A DNA stretch of 64,000 bases, taken from positions 4,723-68,722 of the forward strand of contig JBBTUV010000002.1 in assembly GCA_038063535.1 (NCBI GenBank). Reading direction: 5' to 3'. Within the stretch, counting starts at the first letter, position 1. Each line of letters starts with the position of its first letter. A program made the translations under genes and the position numbers. This document shows positions 8,596 to 16,209 of the stretch, piece after piece. Below the pieces are notes generated by a model, which saw only the letters and a list, made by a program, of their open reading frames with translations, searched no databases and was not told the origin of the DNA. This stretch comes from Patescibacteria group bacterium. GTDB lineage: Bacteria; Patescibacteriota; Minisyncoccia; Phycocordibacterales; UBA9973.

Positions 8596-9656
8596 TATTT
8601 GTATTCTTCGAGCTTCTCTTTAAGCTTGCCTTCTTCCTGCCTTATGTCGCTAAGCTCCTGCGCAAGGGTCTCACTGGCGCCCTCGAGCTCGCTTATTTCT
8701 TTTTTTATTTTCTCCATATTTTGAACTCTATGAAAATGCGGCATAGGGAAATGCTGCCGGCGCAGGAGTAATATCATTATAGAGATAAAACCAATGCCGA
8801 AGAGAATATATATAGAGAGCAGTCCGAAGCTGGACTCTAGCGAGAAGAACCATGAATTGCTTGTCTTTGTCTCCCCGGGGAGAAATATCCACTTATCTGT
8901 GAGTGTCTGTCTGTCCGTCGCGCTTATTTGGGACAATCCCTTCTCAAGTATCGACTGAAGCGTTTCTTTCCCTTTTGCAAGGGAGAAGGCGGGCTTGTAG
9001 TCAAGACCGGTGTTCCCCGCGATCTTCACGCTCGAGAGCACTTGCTTGGATAGATAAAAAGATAGAGAGGCTACATCCATCACAGCCGCATCGACTTCTC
9101 CAAGAACCACCTGTTGAAGCCCCACTTCGTTATCCGTCACTCCCTCGCGCACAACCCGCGGATAATTTGTCTGCGTGAAATTTTCAATAGTGGAGCCGGC
9201 AACAAGCGCGACTTTCTTCCCCTGAAAATCATTCAGGGTAAGACCTCCGCCTGCTTTATAATCCTTCCGAACCACTATCACCACCGGCACGGTAATGTAA
9301 GACTCGGTGAAAATGAGATACTTCTCTTTTTCCGGATCTGAGGTAAGAAAGGTCACGTCTCCTTTCCCCGCCTGGAAATCTGAAAGAAGTTGGCTACGGG
9401 AGCGAGGGGTCAGATACTCGATCCTTGCGCCGATTTTCTCCGCTACAAGTTCGATGTAGTCGACCGAAAGGCCCTGCAGATTGCCTGCCGGACTTTGGTA
9501 TGAATAGGGAGGATTATTGGCCTCTGGGTAGAGGACAATAGTGTCGTTCCGGGATGATAGCCAAAGGGTTTCCTCGGGCGTAAAAAGGCCGGACGTTGCC
9601 GAAAAAGCCTGGTTCGCTAAAAGAACGAAAAAGAGTATCGAGACGATTTTCTTCAT
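8595..9656 (-). CDS. Secreted solute-binding-protein family 3-like domain protein, followed by a TM helix and a C-terminal coiled coil
   Basis: Signal peptide MKKIVSILFFVLLANQAFS (probable start at 9656; the ORF-track start at 9773 is an upstream extension). A periplasmic-binding-fold region follows (VALVAGSTIENF..., DAAVMDVASLSFYLSK). Then a hydrophobic helix LLSIYILFGIGFISIMILLL and a charged heptad tail EKIKKEISELEGASETLAQELSDIRQEEGKLKEKLEEYK. Start and stop overlap the neighbours by 1-4 nt. Confidence 0.45.
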   Translation of the reverse strand: MKKIVSILFFVLLANQAFSATSGLFTPEETLWLSSRNDTIVLYPEANNPPYSYQSPAGNLQGLSVDYIELVAEKIGARIEYLTPRSRSQLLSDFQAGKGDVTFLTSDPEKEKYLIFTESYITVPVVIVVRKDYKAGGGLTLNDFQGKKVALVAGSTIENFTQTNYPRVVREGVTDNEVGLQQVVLGEVDAAVMDVASLSFYLSKQVLSSVKIAGNTGLDYKPAFSLAKGKETLQSILEKGLSQISATDRQTLTDKWIFLPGETKTSNSWFFSLESSFGLLSIYILFGIGFISIMILLLRRQHFPMPHFHRVQNMEKIKKEISELEGASETLAQELSDIRQEEGKLKEKLEEYK

Positions 9657-10702
9657 ATGCCTGCCGCTCGCGTCTTGTCTTCCCGCTCGATATCGTGGCC
9701 GACAAGGGCAAGTTTTTCCTCTTCGAGCCCGAGCTTCCTGCCAAGCACCCTCATGCGTTTGAAAGAGTACCAAGGAATGAAGTAAATAAGTACAGCGAGC
9801 CCCACTATCGGGATGAGAAGTCCCAGAACGTTGATAAGAACCACCAGCGCTTTCACTATCTTTGAATCCGAGACGAGAAGCTGCACGCCGAGGCCGGGTT
9901 TTTCGGTGTTGCTCTCCTGCTCGACTAAAAACGGCGTCGTATTGTAAACCCCAGCCACCAGACCAGAGCCGGACTCGTATTGAAATTCGCCGGCCGGTGT
10001 GTTTTTGACCAGCACCTCATCGAGATTTTTCTTTTTCGATTGGAGAAGCGCGATGAATTTCTCGCCGATCGACTTCTCTGATATGTCCTTAAAGATTATT
10101 TTTGTGAGAGCATCCGGCTCGCCTCTTCCCTTGACATATACCGAGGTTTTCGAATCTACAAGCGGAGAATACTCGGTGATAACCGGCAGAGCTGCCAGCC
10201 TCGAGGAGGGTTGCGCTCCGGGGAGAAGGGCAAGCGAGCCTTCTCCGATATTGATCCCGTTTTGGCCAAGGCTTGCGAGAATGTTGGTGCCCTTGCCGTC
10301 GTTCGCTAGTATTGCCCCATTTGCGAAACTGAAACTGGCTCTCCCCGTTTTTTTTGCAAGATACGTTACTTGGAAAATTTTCCCGGAACTTCCCAGAAAG
10401 CCGGGGTTCAATATCACGCCTTCGAAAATTACTCCGTTTCGCCCGACGGTCGGTTCCTGTGTCCAGAGATCGATGATGCTCCCCTCCTTGGAAACGGAAA
10501 CAACTTGGAGCGTGCCTTCCGGGAATGAGAGAGTGCCGGAAACCGCATTGATCGAGTCGGTCGGCGAGCTGACTCGCACCTCAACCGTAAACTTTTCTCC
10601 GACGACGACAGCTTTCTCTGAAACACTCTGAAAAAGGCTCTGGGCCAAGGCAAGATTCGTTCCTAACAGAAAAACAACGAAGAGGCCTATGAGGCGCTTC
10701 AT
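9653..10702 (-). CDS. Secreted cohesin-like domain protein with a C-terminal TM anchor
   Basis: Signal peptide MKRLIGLFVVFLLGTNLALA. The beta-rich N-domain carries FTVEVRVSSPTDSINAVSGTLSFPEGTLQVVSVSKEGSIIDLWTQEP ... ILANDGKGTNIL. A paralog of the next gene shares the NDGKGT and SIN.VS motifs. C-terminal TM LVVLINVLGLLIPIVGLAVLIYFIPW then a basic tail. The cohesin assignment is from recollection of CPR cohesin-like proteins and is not computed. Confidence 0.45.
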   Translation of the reverse strand: MKRLIGLFVVFLLGTNLALAQSLFQSVSEKAVVVGEKFTVEVRVSSPTDSINAVSGTLSFPEGTLQVVSVSKEGSIIDLWTQEPTVGRNGVIFEGVILNPGFLGSSGKIFQVTYLAKKTGRASFSFANGAILANDGKGTNILASLGQNGINIGEGSLALLPGAQPSSRLAALPVITEYSPLVDSKTSVYVKGRGEPDALTKIIFKDISEKSIGEKFIALLQSKKKNLDEVLVKNTPAGEFQYESGSGLVAGVYNTTPFLVEQESNTEKPGLGVQLLVSDSKIVKALVVLINVLGLLIPIVGLAVLIYFIPWYSFKRMRVLGRKLGLEEEKLALVGHDIEREDKTRAAGI

Positions 10703-11550
10703 GCTTTAGATTTTAACACTTTCCAGAGAATAATTCCAGATAAGGCGAGAAGAATCAGGGCCAGCCATTTAAGGGGAAGAATTCCGGGCACCAGGATATT
10801 CGCTTCCTGGAAATTTCCGGCAAAATCATAGGCTCGCACCGTTACTTTCCGTGGGAAAAATCCGGGAGAGAGCGGCTCCGGGCTGTACGCTTCGCGGAAG
10901 CCTGATGCTCCAACTTTCATCTCATACGATTTTATCCCAGAATCAACGTCCTCCGCATGAAAAACAATGAGCGAGGGGGTACGGGAAAATATCGAAGAAG
11001 GTATGAAGGCGATTTCGACTCCCTCGGGAGGAATTTTGTCGGAGTGCACTCCGCCTCCGCCAGCCCCACTACCCCCAATCAAGACTTCTGCTTCTCCGCG
11101 AGTATGAGGGAGCGGGGTGCCTTTCCCATCGTTTTTGAGGAGAGTACTCTCCGAAACGCCGAAATACGCTTCACCGGGCCTCTCTGCGGTAAATTTGAGC
11201 TCGATAAGCGGAAGTGGCGCAAGGCCGGAAACCTCCGGATCGTAAACACCCGAGACTCCTCCGGGAATGATCCCAGAAAAACTGATTTTCCCGCTCTCCT
11301 CCTTCGGAGATTCTATCCAGACACTGAGAAGTCCGCCCGACTCGTCATAGCCCGAAAACGACACCAAGTCTTCGGGGTAGGAAACGGCGACGCTTACCGA
11401 ATTTATTGAAATTCCGTCAGGATCCGCATAGATCGTGGCCGAGAATTCTGCCCCCGTCTCCGCGCTCTTTGGTGCTGATACATACACTTCCGCTGCCTGT
11501 GCCCTTAAAGCAAAGAATAATATTGCAATAATGAAGAAAAATTTTTTCAT
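10699..11550 (-). CDS. Secreted cohesin-like domain protein (paralog) with a Gly-rich linker and C-terminal TM anchor
   Basis: Signal peptide MKKFFFIIAILFFALRAQA. FSATIYADPDGISINSVSVAVSYPEDLVSFSGYDESGGLLSVWIESP ... LLKNDGKGTPLP is paralogous to 9653..10702. GGSGAGGGGV linker. C-terminal TM LKWLALILLALSGIILWKVLKSKA. 4-nt start/stop overlap with the neighbours. Confidence 0.45.
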   Translation of the reverse strand: MKKFFFIIAILFFALRAQAAEVYVSAPKSAETGAEFSATIYADPDGISINSVSVAVSYPEDLVSFSGYDESGGLLSVWIESPKEESGKISFSGIIPGGVSGVYDPEVSGLAPLPLIELKFTAERPGEAYFGVSESTLLKNDGKGTPLPHTRGEAEVLIGGSGAGGGGVHSDKIPPEGVEIAFIPSSIFSRTPSLIVFHAEDVDSGIKSYEMKVGASGFREAYSPEPLSPGFFPRKVTVRAYDFAGNFQEANILVPGILPLKWLALILLALSGIILWKVLKSKA

Positions 11551-11816
11551 GTTATTTTCTTTTCGTAAAAATACTCCTTTAACATACGTTTTAACAGACG
11601 ACTGCCTTGGCTTGTTTTAAGATATTTTTCCCTTCTCTTTGCGTCACGTTCATTGCGGTACGCTTCGTAATGTATCAGAACCCAGGGCCTGTGTGATTTA
11701 GTAGATAAGTTAAAACCGCCATTGTGCCGCTTGAGACGCTCTTTTATGTCATCAGTATAACCGACGTATAGGTCTCCATATTTCATGCTTTGTAATATAT
11801 ATACGTAATGGAACAT
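11547..11816 (-). CDS. GIY-YIG nuclease family protein (UPF0213-like, 89 aa)
   Basis: YVYILQSMKYGDLYVGYTDDIKERLKRHN is the canonical GIY-(x10)-YIG motif plus a conserved Arg. It is a small stand-alone protein embedded in the surface-protein operon. Confidence 0.75.
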   Translation of the reverse strand: MFHYVYILQSMKYGDLYVGYTDDIKERLKRHNGGFNLSTKSHRPWVLIHYEAYRNERDAKRREKYLKTSQGSRLLKRMLKEYFYEKKIT

Positions 11817-11825
11817 GTTTTTCTC

Positions 11826-11916
11826 TTAAGACCCTGTCCACAGGGTAGTAGATTTTGGCGAAGCCCTTCAGGGCGCGCTCCGCGCATCGCCAAAATTCAC
11901 TACCCTGTCCACCAAA
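11826..11916. repeat. Compound intergenic palindromic element between the dockerin gene stop and the GIY-YIG start
   Basis: accctgtccacagggt is a perfect palindrome. tagtagattttggcga and tcgccaaaattcacta form a 16/18 inverted repeat around a loop containing gcgcgctccgcgc. The direct repeat ccctgtccac occurs at both ends. All read directly from the sequence. Confidence 0.7.
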
Positions 11917-12796
11917 ATGCCAAGATTGAAAAGTCGACCAGATTGATAATGCCATCCGAATTGGTATCCACGCATTTCGGGGGATTATTTTTCCCATACA
12001 AGAAGGCGAGGATAGAAAAATCAACCAAGTTGATTTTCTGATCCGCGTTGCAGTCCCCTGGGATGTTCTTGGTTAGCTCCGCGGAAGGGATGTTCACATC
12101 CCCGACCGTGAATTTCACCACCTTGCTTATTCGAGGATCATTTTCGTATTTAATGTAAAAGGTGTAATCCCCCTTCGCAAAGTCTCTGGTCGGAACGACT
12201 ATTTTATAGCGGCCGCCTGCGTTCGAAACTAAGCTGAAACTTCGCTCGGCTCCAGTGAGGCTGATCTGCGGAGAAACGAGCAGGAGGAGATTCCGCGCAG
12301 GCAGGCTCGAGCCGTAGATCGTAAGAAAGTCTCCGGCTTTTACCTGCGCGCGATCGGCAAGGACAGTCGGGGCAAAACGGATGCCGGAGAGGTGCGTGAG
12401 GTAACCGCTCCTGACAACCAGGGGGTAGTTGATAAGGAGCGAGCGTTCGCCGGAAGTATCCCGCGCAAAGAGAGTGTACAAGATGGTGCTGTCATAGCTC
12501 TCTTCTAGTGTGGCAGAGAATTTGCCTTGGCCGTCTGCCAAAACATCTCCGGCCGCCGCACCCTCTTTTAAAATACTCACCGTGGCAAAGGGGTACGCCT
12601 CGCCGGTGAAACGAACGGCAATATTGGGGAGTGTTCCGCCCCCGCCCCCGCCTGCTGGAGGGGGCGGGGGCGTTGTCCCTGAAACCGTGGCGCTCACTGT
12701 AACAGTCTCTGTTACTTGCGCGAGAGCCACACTGCCCTCAACAAAAAGGAGGAGGGCCAAGAGAAGAAAGAAAATTTTAGAGCGGTTAGGATCCAT
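11900..12796 (-). CDS. Secreted dockerin-domain protein with a poly-Pro/poly-Gly linker
   Basis: C-terminal tandem type-I dockerin-like repeats DCNADQKINLVDFSILAFLYG and DTNSDGIINLVDFSILAFWW (D-x-N-x-D-x-x-I-N-x-x-D...L Ca-binding pattern). Linker TTPPPPPAGGGGGGT. Signal peptide from MDPNRSKIFFLLLALLLFVEG (start at 12796; the ORF-track start at 12883 would overlap the upstream gene). Confidence 0.6.
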   Translation of the reverse strand: MDPNRSKIFFLLLALLLFVEGSVALAQVTETVTVSATVSGTTPPPPPAGGGGGGTLPNIAVRFTGEAYPFATVSILKEGAAAGDVLADGQGKFSATLEESYDSTILYTLFARDTSGERSLLINYPLVVRSGYLTHLSGIRFAPTVLADRAQVKAGDFLTIYGSSLPARNLLLLVSPQISLTGAERSFSLVSNAGGRYKIVVPTRDFAKGDYTFYIKYENDPRISKVVKFTVGDVNIPSAELTKNIPGDCNADQKINLVDFSILAFLYGKNNPPKCVDTNSDGIINLVDFSILAFWWTG

Positions 12797-13898
12797 GAGA
12801 AGGTGCAGAAGCTCTCGCCTTCTCGATGATGTATCTATTGTATCGCTCGATGAGCCACCTGCCGCCGAAGAAGAGAATCGCAAGTACGATTATCATGACA
12901 ATCACAAGCTGCCAGGGAAAGACAAAGAAAAGAACGGTATCCCCGGCCGATTCGCCGGCCGAGCCGTAAACCAAACGCAGATTCGCGACGTATAGCCCGA
13001 CGGCGAAATTTCGCCATTGGTAGCCTGCGGCGCTCCAGAATTTGCCCCAGGCCCCGGCAGGAGCGACGTAGCTCTCCGGGCGCTCGTATTTCACCCAGTC
13101 AACGCTAAATTTCCGGGTGCTATTGGGAAGCACGTTCCCTACGCTCGCGTTCGCATCGAGCTTCTCGGTTGGCCAGTAAACGCTGTTGTGGATAACGATC
13201 TTTCCTTCCGGCTTCACCCGGTCGCCTCCGCCGTTTCGGAAGCGGTATTCAAAAGCGATCGGCAAGGTATTGTAAAAAAAATTTTTGTCTTTGGTCGCGA
13301 ATCCGACCAGCCCCGCGTCTTCCCGCACTTCCCCGGGAACCGAAAGAAGCACCAAGACCCCCGTCTTTGCCCCAACTGAAACTCCGGGCCCGCTCGGAGG
13401 CGAAGTTCCCCAAAAAATTACCGCGAAGTATCCGCCTGGCTCGGCATCTTTTGGGATCTCGATGGTGAAGGGGACTGTTTTCTGTTGCCTGGCCCCTAGA
13501 GTTATAGAAGCTGATTCTGCGTGTATCCATGTACCGAGGCCGTCTTTCGGCTCGACGAACGAAGGACTTCCGGTTTCGCCTTGGGCTTCGAAATTTGCAA
13601 AGGAAGAGTAGTAAATTTCGGTGGTCTCAGTTTCGTTGATGAGGAGTATCTCTCCCGCTAGAGTGTCTCCAGGGTTTCCGGAAATTTCAAAGCGGACGGG
13701 AGTAAGAGTGAGAGCGAATGTAGTGAGAGGAAAAAGATACACCCCAAACGCAATTACCGCAAACAGCGCCAATAGTACTCTGTATTTTAAATAATTCTTC
13801 ACTATGGAGATAATACAACTAGAACGTTCCGGTTGCAATAAAGGTAAGGGTATCAGTGTAGTCAGAGTGAGCTTGAGTAGTCCCAGCCACTGCACCAT
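12786..13898 (-). CDS. Beta-rich cell-surface protein with a C-terminal TM anchor (DUF916-like architecture, tentative)
   Basis: N-terminal hydrophobic segment VLLALFAVIAFGVYLFPLTTFALTL, a long beta-rich ectodomain, then a C-terminal TM LVIVMIIVLAILFFGG and a basic tail RWLIERYNRYIIEK. The start is uncertain: ATG at 13898 overlaps the upstream gene by 80 nt, and a GTG at 13802 is an alternative. Confidence 0.35.
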   Translation of the reverse strand: MVQWLGLLKLTLTTLIPLPLLQPERSSCIISIVKNYLKYRVLLALFAVIAFGVYLFPLTTFALTLTPVRFEISGNPGDTLAGEILLINETETTEIYYSSFANFEAQGETGSPSFVEPKDGLGTWIHAESASITLGARQQKTVPFTIEIPKDAEPGGYFAVIFWGTSPPSGPGVSVGAKTGVLVLLSVPGEVREDAGLVGFATKDKNFFYNTLPIAFEYRFRNGGGDRVKPEGKIVIHNSVYWPTEKLDANASVGNVLPNSTRKFSVDWVKYERPESYVAPAGAWGKFWSAAGYQWRNFAVGLYVANLRLVYGSAGESAGDTVLFFVFPWQLVIVMIIVLAILFFGGRWLIERYNRYIIEKARASAPSHGS

Positions 13899-14919
13899 TG
13901 ACAGCTATTTCAGCATGTCCCGCGCTAACCGGAGCTCCACCGGAATTTAAAATATTTTCACCGGCTGTTGTCAATGCGTCTATAACATTTGTGTTTGAGT
14001 TAGTGGCGCATGTATTGCCTGAATATGGCGCGGCTATAGTAAAGCCAACCAAGCCAACTGTGATTACGCATAATCCATAATTTTCAGTCCCAGCTGCCAT
14101 TGTTCCAGTTGTGCTGACAATATTGTCTGCCGGAACCGAGGTAGAAACCATTCCATTTGCGCCGTTGGTGTCACTCACTGTTACCACCATACCACCAGAT
14201 GCATTTGTATCACCCTCTGCTATTATCATATTTACAGAATCCGTTGTACCTGATACTTCTACATCGCCTGTGCCTATAGTACCCAAAGCAACGGAATAAG
14301 GAGTCGTTGTTTCGCCATCAGCTACGCCTGTATCTAGGTCAAAAGTAATACTCTGGCTTACTGTTGCAGTAATAGAAACGCGGTCATCATCATTTATAGA
14401 CATTGCGGCTGTACCCGTATCTCCGAATGTTCCGGAAAGAACTAACGTCGTCGTTCCCGCAGTACCATTAGTAATCTGACGAACTCCGGTAGATTGACTT
14501 GTAGCGTTAGTACCGATTTCAATAGTTACCACACTGGTTGCTGCAACCGCCGCGCTTCCGTTGGTGAATGTAATCACTGTAGCAGAAGTCCTTACGACTC
14601 CCCAGGTTGTGCCAGATGGAGCGGCAGCCAGAGTAACATCTACCCCGTCATCCGCAAGGTCAATATCAGTAAAATCTAAAGCGGCGGCAATGCTAGTACT
14701 ATTATCAAACGTAAGTATAAGAGTAGCAGACGCTGCAATTCCTGTAGGAGTAGTAAATGTTATTGTATGGTTAGCAAGGGTAGATGCTTTTTCCCTACTT
14801 AGTGTGTCTTTAAAAGCTGTTACCGAAGCTGCCATAGCGGCCTGTGGGGCGACAAGAATTAATAGCGATAAAATTGTAATTCCGCTAACAAATCGAAAAA
14901 GTTGCTTTTTGCTTTTCAT
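13819..14919 (-). CDS. Secreted Thr/Gly/Ser-rich beta protein, paralog A, ending in the conserved motif DYTDTLTFIATGTF
   Basis: Signal peptide MKSKKQLFRFVSGITILSLLILVAPQAAMA. About 40% T/G/S/A composition. An internal segment YGLCVITVG...NTCATNS is shared with paralog B (YGLCIVSTS...DTCAANS). The C-terminal 11 residues are nearly identical to paralog B. Confidence 0.5.
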   Translation of the reverse strand: MKSKKQLFRFVSGITILSLLILVAPQAAMAASVTAFKDTLSREKASTLANHTITFTTPTGIAASATLILTFDNSTSIAAALDFTDIDLADDGVDVTLAAAPSGTTWGVVRTSATVITFTNGSAAVAATSVVTIEIGTNATSQSTGVRQITNGTAGTTTLVLSGTFGDTGTAAMSINDDDRVSITATVSQSITFDLDTGVADGETTTPYSVALGTIGTGDVEVSGTTDSVNMIIAEGDTNASGGMVVTVSDTNGANGMVSTSVPADNIVSTTGTMAAGTENYGLCVITVGLVGFTIAAPYSGNTCATNSNTNVIDALTTAGENILNSGGAPVSAGHAEIAVNGAVAGTTQAHSDYTDTLTFIATGTF

Positions 14920-14976
14920 GCTTAAATTATATCAAATTTGGCCGTTTTAACATAGAAATCGGGCCTGTGGATAACC

Positions 14977-15774
14977 CTAAAACGTCCCGGTCGCGATGAA
15001 AGTAATAGCATCCGCATAGTCATTGTGCGCCGGCGTGGTTGAGGAGATCGAGACATTTACCGATATCTGCCCCCTCCCGCCGATAACCGGAAGGCCGTTA
15101 GTATCAAAAATATTCTCCGGGCTAGTTGAGAGTGATCCGGTGTCATTAGTCTCGGAGTTGGCTGCACAAGTATCGGCGTTGTACTCACCCTCATCGTCGA
15201 GCGTGCCTGTCGTGGCCGAAGTTGAAACGATACAAAGTCCATACATCTCTGTGCCGTCGGCGACTGCGCTGTCGGCACTATCGATATCATCAGCAGGCAC
15301 GGAGGCTGAAGCCAAACCATTTGCGCCGTTTGCGTTCGCAACCGTCACCACCGCCCCGCCGGCGGCGCGGGTCTCAAGGTCGACACAGATATGGTTCACC
15401 GAGTCGGTTGCGCCGGAGACGCGAGTGTCGGTGGTAGTGATGGTGCCGAGAGAGACCGTATAAGGGGCGGCCGATTCGGTCACCCCACAAGTGTCCGCCG
15501 CGGTGGTATCAATGTCAAAAGTAATAAGTGACGCCGATTCTTCCCAATATAAAAATCCGTATCGAATTTGAAAATTGGTGGAGGTGCCGCCGATATCAGA
15601 GAGAGTTGTGTGTCCGGCGGAAATGAGGCCGTAGTTTGTGGAGGTTGACCATTCTTCTCCGAAAGTGCCGATGATCGGATCGCGAACAATAAAACTAGTG
15701 CTCGTCATGTCAAATGCTAGCGTGGAAAAAGCAAAAAGGAGTACGGGAATAAGAAAAGCCAATCTTCGCATCAA
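14977..15774 (-). CDS. Secreted Thr/Gly/Ser-rich beta protein, paralog B, ending in NDYADAITFIATGTF
   Basis: Signal peptide MMRRLAFLIPVLLFAFSTLA. It shares several collinear blocks with 13819..14919, including the identical C-terminal TFIATGTF. Confidence 0.5.
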   Translation of the reverse strand: MMRRLAFLIPVLLFAFSTLAFDMTSTSFIVRDPIIGTFGEEWSTSTNYGLISAGHTTLSDIGGTSTNFQIRYGFLYWEESASLITFDIDTTAADTCGVTESAAPYTVSLGTITTTDTRVSGATDSVNHICVDLETRAAGGAVVTVANANGANGLASASVPADDIDSADSAVADGTEMYGLCIVSTSATTGTLDDEGEYNADTCAANSETNDTGSLSTSPENIFDTNGLPVIGGRGQISVNVSISSTTPAHNDYADAITFIATGTF

Positions 15775-15801
15775 CTATATTTTAGCAAATTTCTAACGGG
15801 A

Positions 15802-16209
15802 TTAGAATTCACCGGGCGGAAGTATGCCTGCCTCACTCGGCGCTAAGGATGATTGGCCGAAATCTCCGAGATTGACCGGCGCGATATTGACGACGAGATT
15901 GAGCGACGGCCGGTAAAGGTAGGCTCGCCGGGCACCCGTATATATGAGAACCTTGTCGCCCCGCTCCGCTTCAGCAAAGAAAGCCTTATTTTTCAAGACT
16001 TCCTCATCGGAAACAGTGGCAATTATCGGCGTTTCCCCGGAGGGGAGAAGAACAAGCTTCCCTACCCGCTCGGTGAGCTCTTGCGCCGCTGCTTTAGCCG
16101 CTTGCTCTGGATCCTCATAGGAGATTTTGCTCTTGTAGAAATAACCGAGAACGATGACCAGTACAACGAGAAAAACTATGATGAAGTATCGGCGGAGAAA
16201 ATTTCTCAT
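15802..16209 (-). CDS. Small N-terminally membrane-anchored protein, hypothetical
   Basis: 135 aa with an N-terminal TM YFIIVFLVVLVIVLGYF. Its start overlaps the stop of the giant gene by 4 nt (ATGA). Confidence 0.4.
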   Translation of the reverse strand: MRNFLRRYFIIVFLVVLVIVLGYFYKSKISYEDPEQAAKAAAQELTERVGKLVLLPSGETPIIATVSDEEVLKNKAFFAEAERGDKVLIYTGARRAYLYRPSLNLVVNIAPVNLGDFGQSSLAPSEAGILPPGEF

